From positions 61,001 through 125,000 of the forward strand of contig NW_027437442.1 of assembly GCF_964204645.1 (NCBI RefSeq): a stretch of 64,000 bases of DNA. Reading direction: 5' to 3'. A program made the position numbers and the translations under genes. The stretch comes from Tubulanus polymorphus (taxonomy: Eukaryota; Animalia; Nemertea). This document shows positions 27,048-38,032 of this stretch, one piece after another. Numbering within the stretch: the first letter of the stretch is position 1; each line of letters begins with the position of its first letter. The notes under the pieces are model-generated. The model did no database searches. It saw only the letters and a program-made list of their open reading frames with translations, and was not told the origin of the DNA.

Positions 27048-28399
27048 AAATTAGAATAATTTAATTTATTTCAAATTAATACCCCGTTGTGTCTTTATTG
27101 TCTTTAGTACTTTTAGTACATAAAGAATATATCTTTACTTTATTAGTACTTAGAAAAAAATATATATATAATTTTTATATATAATAAATCTATGATATTT
27201 TTCATTATTGAAACAGTAATATATAAAATCTATCAGATGAATAAATATTATTATCATTATCTATCAGATGAAACAGTAATATATAGAAATCTGTGAAATA
27301 AATATGATATTATTATTATATCAAATATATAATGTGAGATTAATAAATATTATATTATACAAATTTTTTATTAGTCTTAACTAAATTAAGATTTAATATA
27401 TAAAATATTTTTTTTTTTTTTCATTTTTATTTTTTTCAAGTACTAATAAAATAAAGATATATTCTTTATGTACTGAAAGTACTAAGACTACTAAGGAGAT
27501 AAAGACATAGATGGGTATTATGATTTTTATTTTTCAAGTACTAATGATATAAAGATATATTATTTATGTACTAAAAGTACTAGAACGACTAAAGACATAA
27601 AGACACAGGGGGTATTATATTCATATTGAAAATTACTTTTCTGATTCTAATTCTAACCACAATTTGAGCCATTCATTTCTTAATTCAAATGATTTTCTAT
27701 TGCCTTCACCTAATTGTTTGGATTGATAACTATCAACAGATCTCAAACCCTTAGCATTCAATTCATAATTCAAATCAATATATCTATCCAATTGATCTTC
27801 GCTCATATTTTCATATTCTTTTTTTGCATCATTTTTAATTTCATTTATAACATCTTGTGAAAAATCTTCATAACTGTAATATTGAATTATTTCATCAAAG
27901 TTATCACTTTTATCATCATAATTATCATTAGCAGCAATTTTTTTCAATTCTGGCAAAAAATCTCTTTTTAAATTTTATGAAATAAAGCATACCTGAATAA
28001 TCACCTGGAAATGTATCTATGTCTGTCCAATGAGTTTTTAGATCTGATAATACTTCTTTTGGATTATTTCTTACACAATCGATAAAAATTTATCTATATA
28101 ATTTCCTATGATTATCGTTTTCGATATCAAAAAATACAGTTGGTACTCTATAAAGACGTTTTGAATCAATAGCTTTTATTGTAACTAAGGTTTTTGAAGT
28201 TAAGAGAGTTGGGGCGATTAAGCAAAAAGTTATGTAACACAAAGAAGAAAAATAAAGAAGAAGTGTGGTCGTAAAGAAGACTTGTTTCAACTTATATTCA
28301 CTCAAGAAAGAAGATAGCTGAGGATAAATAGACAAGCCGGTCAACATCATTAGTGAAAGGAGTCACACACCAACTATTAGAAGGACTCCGTACCACAAC

Positions 28400-29764
28400 A
28401 TGTTCAATTGATTCATGTAGTGATATGTTTGACAGTATAAGTGGTCCCATCTAAAAAAGCATACAAGTCGAGGAACAGAGTCATTGCCCATTGAGACAAT
28501 GTCAGAATTCGTATTCAAACAAGTCCTCATTTGCCAGTCACTTATCAAGGAAACATCGTCGTCCGTGGAAACATCCACCACATAAAGGAAAGTCTGACAT
28601 AGCCACAAATATCGATGATATGCAGCCAATAGAAATTGATGATAATGATCACAATGAGCTCCCCAAGATAACTTTAACTTTAAGTAAACGCCCGCAGGTG
28701 CCATCAAGCAGCAATTAGATAATAGTTGATGAACTTGCCTCGCTGTTCAAAGTTCATTAAAAATTAGTTCGATCTAGTCTATTAGAAAAACTAATAAATC
28801 AAAACATGCAAATAGAGACAGCCGAACAGATAATAAGTGAACTGGAGAGAGATGATATTTTCCATAATATTGTAGATCCAAAAACAGGAGTTTTCAGAAA
28901 ACAACATTGTAGGAATCGATATTTTAAAGAAAAATTGAATTTTGTTGCCCGACAGAAAGTACTTTCAGGAAATGATGGGGTTATTGGTCATTTTATGTAC
29001 TACATTCATATTGAAAATGTTATAAGAGTGTTGTTGCAAGATTCCTCATTCTTAGTTCAATTAGAAAATCCAATACCTCCTGAAGATGATATTTTTCAAG
29101 ATATACATGATGGCCGTGTTTACAAATGCATGAGAATTGCAATGAATAATGATAATTTCCTCGAATTGGTATTGAACCAGGATGAATTTGAGTTGGTTAA
29201 TCCTATATGCAGCGCTAAAAAAACATAAGTAATAAGCCTGCTATTACACTTATACGAATGTTTACAAATGGAATAGATCGAAGATAGATCAGATTCAACT
29301 TGCTTTCCTCTGTAAAACTCATTCTGTAAAGATATTCGGCATACAAAAAGTATTCAAAAAACTTGTTCATGATCTTAAAAGTCTTGAAATCACTGGAATT
29401 CTTATTTCAGAGCAATATCTCTCCCAAGAAAGTCAAAGTACTATTTGTTCTTAGGGACAATCTTGGTTCAAATGCTCTTGGCTGACCTTGTGAAAATTTC
29501 TCAAAAGCACAATATTGGTGTAGATATTGCCTGAAATCTTCTGATGAGCACAGAGTGAACAATGTTCAGCCCAAATTAAGGAGAAGAGTCCTATGATGAT
29601 TCATTGTCAAAATCAGATGAACATTCTCCAGTGCCTTCGTTTCAAGGAATCAAGAAGAATGCAGTTTTCAATGATTTAATATCACTTTTATGTATGCAAT
29701 CCTGGATTGCCACCCAGTATTGGCCATGGTATTTTTGAAGGTGTACTCAAAGTTGATCTTAAAC

Positions 29765-29769
<5 letters not shown>
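28400..29769 (+). mobile_element. CACTA/EnSpm-type transposase pseudogene, 5' part
   Basis: C2H2 fingers, DIHDGRVY, DEFELVNPI, RSKIDQIQLA, GDNLGS, CRYC and GHGIFEG motifs typical of animal EnSpm transposases. Confidence 0.75.
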
Positions 29770-29824
<55 letters not shown>

Positions 29825-30651
29825 GCGGCAAGAGTTGGTCGCTTTTTGAACTGCGGTCTTATAAGTACTTGAATCTGATGTCAAAACAAGACTTTGAAGC
29901 TCTGACACAACCGTAGTGGACATTTTGATTAAAACTTTTACTGTCATTTGAAAACGGAGATTCGGGAACTTCGCTAAGTGTTATATTTGGAGGTTTTATT
30001 TGGAGGTTAAACTGGAAAATGTTAAATTCCGACCAGAGGGATTTAATTTGTTGAAGACATGCAAACTCTCAATCGCGAAAAAAGGTGACTGTGCTTCCTA
30101 TATACTATTGTTGATATTGTTTCGCAAATACTGTGTTATTAACTGTGTTTCGTTGACTTTGCCAATTTCTACAATTACTGCAAGACGTGTATATAATCGT
30201 TCGTAATACATACACGATATACGGTCAACGATTGGTTACCCATGAATAAACATGACAACTGTTAACTGCAACGGCAATGCAGTTCTTAACTGCCCCTGTC
30301 CAAACGGGCAAGAAGAATCTGCTGAACTGCGGAACAATGACACGCACTTATGTCACCTATGCAACAACATTATGACCGGAAACATTATAGTAAATGATCT
30401 GTTATGCTATCTCTACAATAACCTTGACACATTCAAACAGGACGTATTGGTCAAAATGTGCGTCGATTCTTTTTCGGATACTGAGATTGAACTAGCAAAT
30501 TCGATTCTATTAAAAGTCTGTGAAACTGACCCAGCGGAAACGCGAATAAGGAAACGCCAGGGCCCGAATAAGTCCCTTTAAAATCTAGAAGATATGTTTC
30601 TACTGATTGTATTGACTGATAAAAATATTCTACCGAGTTTCCTCAGTGAGC
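29770..30651 (+). mobile_element. 5' part of a full-length CR1/L2-group LINE: (AAT)18, 5' UTR and ORF1 N-terminus (30252 onward)
   Basis: ORF1 (VNDLLCYL...EIELA...RKRQG) continues in frame after the Maverick and one TSD copy are removed: ...LPSFLS-ERLKLPKLDG (53297 onward). Confidence 0.88.
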
Positions 30652-31140
30652 AGTAATAGGGGAAATGGGCTTTCAGGCCAAAGGTCGAACGGTCGAGCTC
30701 ATAAAAAATGAAAAATATGAAAATAATAACAATTTCTACTTGAATTAGTCGCGAAACTCATAAAAAATGAAAAATAATTCTCACACACTCGAATTTATTT
30801 TTCATTTTTACTCGCTAGAAAAAAGTGTGAGTAAAGTGTGAGTGACATAAATTCGAGCGTGTGAGAATTATTTTTCATTTTTTATGAGTTTCACTCCTAA
30901 TTCAAGTAGAAATTGTTATTATTTTCATATTTTTCATTTTTAATGAACTCGACCATTCAACCTTTAACCTGAAAGCCCATTACCCCTATTACTCTTAAAA
31001 TAATCATATACATGAATAACATTTAAATTGACAGATTATTCAATATAAAAGTATATATTTACAACATTATTTCAATATTCATATTTGTGTGAGTTAGATT
31101 TTTAAACATTAAAAGTGTTAGTAAAGTGTGATTGAAATAA
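30652..31140. repeat. Left terminal inverted repeat region, containing a 342-bp fold-back (30652-30993)
   Basis: The outer 34 bp match the right end, and about 30942-31140 is near-identical in inverted orientation to about 52872-53071. Confidence 0.92.
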
Positions 31141-31859
31141 TGCATAGCTGTTTATACTAGAACATGATTCTATTTGAGCCTATATACATTTCATGTAATG
31201 AACTATTGAATAAATCTATAAATTCACAGCTGTTACAGCTGTTACTATGACGCCGAGACATATGAGTCATAATATTGCAAACGTGTAGAACACTCTAGAA
31301 CCGGAACCAGATGACGTGGCAAGAAATGAACAGGCGCTGTAACATTACGCTCAGGATATTCTATCTCTCGAAACGAAATTAGGAGTTTATAGTTTACAAT
31401 TCTAAATCTAAATGTAAGTACTGTTTTTTGTAGTTATAAGGGCTATTAAATATGAAACCTTTAGATATATTTAAGTGTATTTAGTATATCTTTTAGATGG
31501 CTAGAGTTGCCGCTAATATCTTTTAGATTAATAAAACGCCATACGCATCAAGAAGTGATAGAGAAACTCAAGATACTCTTTCTGACTGAGGAATCAACAG
31601 CAATGGGGATATCGAACCAATAGAAATTAGCACAAGAAACACAAGAATCGCCAAAAGATCGACGAAGAAACTATGTAAGAATTTCAAAAACATTAAGACT
31701 CCAATGATTAAGTTTAACATTTGTTGATGTAGTTAAATATTTACCAGCAATTGAAAAAATGTTTGTAATTATAAATTGTATTTATAGAAATCAAATGATG
31801 TATTGGAAGAAACGGCCGAACAACTTGTATAATGTATTGTGTAAATCTGATTGGTGAAT

Positions 31860-32445
31860 TTTTATGTTCGGTCGTTTCTATTCAGAATGAATATATAATT
31901 AGGATTAGCGCATGCGCATTGATCAAAAGCGCGCACGAATGCGCGGTTTGCTCAGTGGTATGATTTAGATATTTCATGTCGGTTGTTTCTATTTACATAA
32001 TGAATATATAATTATGATTAACGCATGCGCATTAAGCAAAAGCGCGCATGAATGCGCGGTTTGCCTAATGCGAACACGTTTAGATATTTCATGTCGGTTG
32101 TTTCTATTTACATAATGAATATATAATTATGATTAACGCATGCGCATTAAGCAAAAGCGCGCATGAATGCGCGGTTTGCCTAATGCGAACCCGTTTAGAT
32201 ATTTCATGTCGGTTGTTTCTATTTACATAATTATATATAATTATGATTAGCGCATGCGCATTGATCAAAAGCGCGCACGAATGCGCGGTTTTGCCTAATG
32301 CGAACACGTTTTGATATTTTCTGTGTTCGGTTGTTCCTATTTTACAGAATTTACATAATGAATATATAATTATGATTAACGCATGCGCATTAAGCAAAAG
32401 CGCGCATGAATGCGCGCTTTTGCCCAGTGGTATTATTTAGATATC
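31860..32445. repeat. Five tandem ~115-bp repeats inside the virus
   Basis: Unit anchors aatgaatatataatt (or a variant) at 31886, 31999, 32114, 32229 and 32357; each unit has cgcatgcgca and aaaagcgcgca. Confidence 0.92.
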
Positions 32446-32561
32446 AAGGAATCGAAACAACTTATCAAAAGCAGCGAGGAATGAAAAAGGATGACGTTGG
32501 TAGAAGAAATGGAAGAGGATTCTAAAATATTAACCAATTTAGTAAAAAATACATATAATAA

Positions 32562-33242
32562 ATGGAACCAGAACAACCACAAATTATCAATATTACAAAT
32601 AACACTGCTGGTGTTATAAATATATACTACAAGAAGTGTTCTAAATCTGAATTAGATAAATTAGCTATAACAGAATTTAGTAAGCGTAAGATTAGCAAAG
32701 ATGGTTTTCAATATTGTTGTAAAACTTGTTTTAAACTATATACCAAACAATATCGAGAAGATAATAGAGAAGCTTATAATGATTATATGACAGAATATAT
32801 GAGAGAAAGATATCAAACAGATCTTAATTTTAGATTGAAACAATGCTTAAGATCTAGATTAACACAATTATTCAACAAAGAAACACATTCAGAAACACTA
32901 TCTAATTTATTGGGTTGTTCACGTAAATTTCTTAAATCATGGATAATATATCAATTCGATGATAAAATGAATATAGATAATTATGGTGAATACTTTCATA
33001 TTGATCATGTGTTGCCGATTTCTAAATTTGACATGAGTGATGATTATAATAAGAAGGTAATATCGAACTGGAAAAATTTAAGACCTTTAGAAAAGAAGGA
33101 AAACATAATTAAATCTAATAAACTAGATTTACAGTTATATTTAGAACAGTTAACAAAGGCAAAGAAATTTATTGATCAATGGAACAATGATCCAAATAAT
33201 GAAGAATACGTTGAGGAATTTGATATCAAGGATCCGAAATGA
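32562..33242 (+). CDS. HNH-type endonuclease of the kind common in large DNA viruses
   Basis: Degenerate N-terminal zinc ribbon (KCSK...SKDGFQYCCKTC), LLGCS, FHIDHVLP...NWKNLRPLEKKENIIKSNK. Confidence 0.8.
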   Translation: MEPEQPQIINITNNTAGVINIYYKKCSKSELDKLAITEFSKRKISKDGFQYCCKTCFKLYTKQYREDNREAYNDYMTEYMRERYQTDLNFRLKQCLRSRLTQLFNKETHSETLSNLLGCSRKFLKSWIIYQFDDKMNIDNYGEYFHIDHVLPISKFDMSDDYNKKVISNWKNLRPLEKKENIIKSNKLDLQLYLEQLTKAKKFIDQWNNDPNNEEYVEEFDIKDPK

Positions 33243-33551
33243 CTTATCTGGACAGTTATAATTACTGCTCCTAATAGATAAACAAAACTAGTGAGATATC
33301 AAATAGAATTCAAATAAAATATATTAAAAAAACAATAACTTCAACTAGCCATTATTTCTATTTTAATTTCTGATATTTTCTTTTACAATTCTTTTCAAAA
33401 GAGAATACTTTATATCACAAATAAAAAATACTAAAAAAACAATAACTAATACTAAAATTCTTTACCTTTAACTAAGCTAGTATTAATCTAAAGAGATACT
33501 GGTATCATTTTATAATACTTATATTTTTTTTCGCTTTTTTCTCTAATATAA

Positions 33552-34156
33552 ATGTCAAAGAAATCGAGTAGAAGAATAGTATTGATATTGAAAAGACATT
33601 AGATGATTTGGGTATAAGTGATAATAAAGATACAGTTGTAACTAATTGTACTCAAGTTAATGGTAATATTGATTATGAATACTATTTATATTGTAAACAC
33701 CATCTAGAATTATTAATTGCTGGCGGGAAATGTAATCAGTTTATCGGGAAAATAATTACTTTTCAAGAATTAGATGCTATGAAACCCGATAAAGTAATAA
33801 AATATTTTAAGATTTATGAAGAAGCTAGATTAGCTAGAATAAATGATTCTATTTCAGATGGTATTGTCAAATGTTATTCTAAGTTATGTAACCAGTTAAT
33901 ACCAATTAATGATGAAAATAAATTATATAGTGATTCGAAAAATGACTATTTAGTTATGACTGAATTACAAAAATGGGTTGGTTATGCTTCATTCCAATTA
34001 GGATCGGTTATGACATTAATTTCTACTGGTGTCATAACATTTTCGAATATCAAGCCTATGGAATATAAATCAGGTAAGAACGAAACAGATGTACTACAAC
34101 CAAACGTCGAAACAGAAAATGAATCAGAACAAAAATTAACTAAAATAAATGAGTGA
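33552..34156 (+). CDS. Conserved viral hypothetical protein with a hydrophobic C-terminal segment (5' end frameshifted; track ORF 33608-34156)
   Basis: Homologous remnant in copy A (~22500-22885); TAAATG start at 33552. Confidence 0.65.
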
Positions 34157-34714
34157 TGAGTTAAGAAAAAGGCTAGATCTGAAAAACAAATTAAATGGAC
34201 AAGAGAATTAGGTAAAAGATCTTCAGAATTAAAAAAAGCTAAGAAAAAGAAATTAACTGATATAAATGAATCACCTGATATTGATTCAAATAATAATCCA
34301 TCTAATTCCTAATGCTGGAAGTAATTATAAATTATATAATATAGCTGCAAAGCCGCGATAACGGGTTTTCTGCACAGTCTTAGAATCCTGTTCAACGGTG
34401 GATTTCAACAAAGCATTTGATAAGGCTCAATATCAGCCATTGCTAAACAGGCTATTAGGAAACAGTATCAATGATAGGTCGCCCAAATGGCTCAGCAGTT
34501 ATCTCTGAACGGAAACTTGTAACCGAAATCAACGGAACGCCTCATCTTGGAATGAGACGGTCTAACTAGTAGCGTCACGCAAGGTAGTATCCTAAGTCGT
34601 CTTCTGTTTAATGTCCTGACAAATGACATACACAGTAATCCAAAATATACCAGACCGAGTAAATTTCCAAAACGATCTTAACACACTGTTCGACCAAAAA
34701 ACTTAATGTTCCGA

Positions 34715-37700
34715 CAAAACCACGGGTGACAAAACCAAAATTATGAATTGTCGCGGGTGACAAAACCAAAATATTGAATTGTCACGGGCGACGAAACAAA
34801 AATAATGAATTGTCGCGGGCGATAAAACCAAAATAATGAATTGTCACGGTCGATAAAACCAAAATATTGAATTGTCGCGGGCGATAAAACCAAAATAATG
34901 AATTGTCGCAGACGACAAAAACAAAATATTGAATTGTTGCGTGCGACAAAACCAAAATAATGAATTGTCGCGGGCGACAAAACCAAACTAGGGGTCCAGG
35001 GACACCATGCTCACTTAAGAAGTGGTTTCAAATGCTCAACAATCTAACAATTTCAATACATAACGCCCTCTAGTGACCATATACAAAAACCAATGACCTT
35101 GAAACCCACCACAATCATAGAACACGTGAGCAGCTATGATTTTGTAATCGATTGTGATAACAAAATATGCCTCGTTACCAATTTAATATGGAAATACTAA
35201 GTTATTCTACTATTCAACGCCCCCTGGTGACCATATGCAAAACCCAATGACCTTATACAACTTTGCAATTGATCATAGTAACAAAATATGCCTAGGTACC
35301 AATCTTATAAGGAAATGCTAAGCCATTCTACTATACAACGCCCCCTGGTGACTATATGGAATAATTAATGTCCTTAAAAACTCACCACAATTATAGACGA
35401 TGTCATGAACTACAACTTTGCAATTTATCATGGTAAAAAAATATGCCTTGGTACAAATATAGCAATACTAAGTTATTGTATCATTCAACGCCCCCTGATG
35501 GCCACATACAAAAACCAATGACCTTGAAACTCACCAAAATCATAGAACACGTTATGGGCTACAACTTTCCAATTGAATATAGTAACACAATATGCTTAGG
35601 TATCAATTTAATGTGGAGAAACTTTTTCCCACCTACGAATGAGTACTGATGACACCAAGATGGCCGCCAATTGCGTCATAATTGGCTGATCAAAGATACC
35701 TGTCCCAGGTATAAAACATCCCTCTCTAAAGAATACCCATCAGCAATTGCAATGAGAAATGGCAAACCAGTAGGAAGCTACGTGACCTAGAATTCTGGCC
35801 AAAATTGACATTTTTGGGCACTAAAAAGGTCATAGGACTGCCATCTTGAGTCAGATCGACCCAATTTTCTTATGCTGATGGGCCTTTGGTAGATTCAAAT
35901 ATAAACCATATAAACGAAAGATCAAGGTAATTGATCAAAGCGTCTTCAAAATTTCCCACGAAAACTTCGAAAATGTTTAAACAGTGCTGATTTTGGCAAA
36001 CAACAATGGCTGCCAGTCGGCCATCTTGAATCTGACAGGGCCAGTTTTTGGGCTGACGATGTGTCTAGGGTAGATACATGTATAAACCAAATATCGAGAC
36101 ATTACCTTGAAGCGTCTTCAAAACTTCCGAAAATAACTGGATTCCGTCTATGGACGGACTAAAAGTGAACGCAATAGCCCGCAGGGACTAAAGTCCCAAG
36201 TGGACTGAAAAATAATTGTCGCGGGCGACAAAACCAAAATATTGAATTGTCGCGGGCGACAAAACCAAACTAATGAATTGTCGCAGGCGACAAAACCAAA
36301 CTAATGAATTGTCGCGGGCGACAAAACCAAACTAATGAATTGTCGCTGGCGACAAAACCAAACTAATGAATTGTCGCGGGCGATAAAACCAAACTAATGA
36401 ATTGTCGCGGGCGACAAAACCAAACTAATGAATTGTCGCTGGCGACAAAACCAAACTAATGAATTGTCGAGGGCGATAAAACCAAACTAATGAATTGTCG
36501 CGGGCGATAAAACCAAACTAATGAATTGTCGCGGGCGATAAAACCAAACTAATGAATAGTCGCGGGCGATAAAACAAAAATATTGAATCGTCGCGGGCGA
36601 CAAAATCAAAATAATGAATGGTCGCGGGCGATAAAACCAAAATAATGAATGGTCTCGGGCGACAAAACCAAAATAATGAATTGTCGCGGGCGATAAAACC
36701 AAAATATTGAATTGTCGTGGGCGACAAAACCAAAAAAAGAATTGTCGGGGTGACAAAACAAAAATAATGAATTGTCGCGGGCTATAAATCAAAATTAATG
36801 AATTGTCGCGGGCGATAAAACCAAAATAATGAATTGTCGCGGGCGACAAAACCAAAATGGTGAATTGTCGCGGGCGACAAAACCAGAAAGGTGAATTGTC
36901 GCGGGCGACAAAACCAAAATGGTGAATTGTCGCGAGCGACAAAACTAAAATAATGAATTGCCGCGGGCGATAAAACCGTAATAATGAATTGTTGCGGGCG
37001 ATAAAACCAAAATAATGAATTATCTCAGGCGACAAAACAAAAATAATGAATAATCGCGGGCGATAAAACAAAAACATTGAATTGTCGCAGGCGATAAAAC
37101 CAAAAAAGAAAATTGTCGCGGGCGACAAAAACAAAATATAAAACCAAAATAATGAATTGTCGCGGGTGACAAAACCAAAATAATGAATTGTCGGTGGCGA
37201 TAAAACCAAAGTATTGAATTGTCGCGGGCGATAAAACCAAAATATTGAATTTTCGTGGGCGACAAAACCAAAATATTGAATTGTCGCGGGCGACAAAACC
37301 AAACTAATGAATTGTCGCGGGCGACAAAACCAAACTAATGAATTGTCGCGGGCGACAAAACCAAAATGGTGAATTGTCGCGGGCGACAAAACCAGAAAGG
37401 TGAATTGTCTCGGGCGACAATACCAAAATGGTGAATTGTCGCGAGCGACAAAACTAAAATAATGAATTGCCGCGGGCGATAAAACCGTAATAATGAATTG
37501 TTGCGGGCGATAAAACCAAAATAATGAATTATCTCAGGCGACAAAACAAAAATAATGAATAATCGCGGGCGATAAAACAAAAATATTGAATTGTCGCAGG
37601 CGATAAAACCAAAAAAGAAAATTGTCGCGGGCGTGACAAAACCAAAATAATGAATTGTCGGTGGCGATAAAACCAAAGTATTGAATTGTCGCGGGCGATA

Positions 37701-38032
37701 AAACCAAAATATTGAATTTTCGTGGGCGACAAAACCAAAATATTGAATTGTCGCGGGCGACAAAACCAAACTAATGAATTGTCGCGGGCGACAAAACCAA
37801 ACTAATGAATTGTCGCGGGCGACAAAACCAAAAAAAGAATTGTCGGGGCGACAAAACAAAAATAATGAATTGTCGCGGGCTATAAATCAAAATTAATGAA
37901 TTGTCGCGGGCGACAAAACCAAAATATTGAATTGTCGCGGGCGACTAAACCAAAATATTGAATTGTTGCGGGCGATAAAACCAAAATAATGAATTATCGC
38001 GGGCGATAAAACCAAAATATTGAATTGTCGCC
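34715..38032. repeat. 31-bp tandem satellite (aattgtcgcgggcgacaaaaccaaaataatg) in two blocks, about 34715-34988 and 36212-38032
   Basis: Directly visible head-to-tail units, each with the ttgtcgc-gg-gcgacaa palindrome and no unique spacers. Confidence 0.95.
34988..36209 (-). mobile_element. Second Helentron-like element nested in the satellite, with ~120-155-bp internal repeats
   Basis: Interrupts the array. End hairpins ggggtccagggacacc and gggactaaagtccc; ggacggac micro-repeat; four internal units with cgccc(c/t)ctg/a motifs. Confidence 0.7.

Larger units (their letters stand above)
18727..28200 (+). mobile_element. Maverick/Polinton-like element, copy A: older, internally deleted, right end lost
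   Basis: The terminus agtaatagggaaagtgctttttcagatcaaagg at 18727 is followed by decayed homologues of copy B genes: 117-aa ORF (~18940-19272), pPolB, HNH C-terminus (~21680-21790), 182-aa ORF (~22500-22885), pre-integrase ORF (23923-24280), integrase and ATPase. The right boundary is approximate. Confidence 0.88.

Noticed and set aside
29690-29947. Poly-Asn, poly-Ile and poly-Tyr ORFs
   Set aside because: Translations of the (AAT)18 tract.
32104-32397. 97-aa repetitive ORF
   Set aside because: Translation of the 115-bp tandem array.
36487-37859. Long ORFs (300 aa, 174 aa and others) in the ORF track
   Set aside because: Translations of the stop-poor strand of the satellite, with the same peptide in all three frames.
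34715-38032. Palindromic 31-bp repeats resembling a CRISPR array
   Set aside because: Units are head-to-tail with no unique spacers, there are no cas genes, and the context is eukaryotic; it is a satellite in a Helentron-like element.
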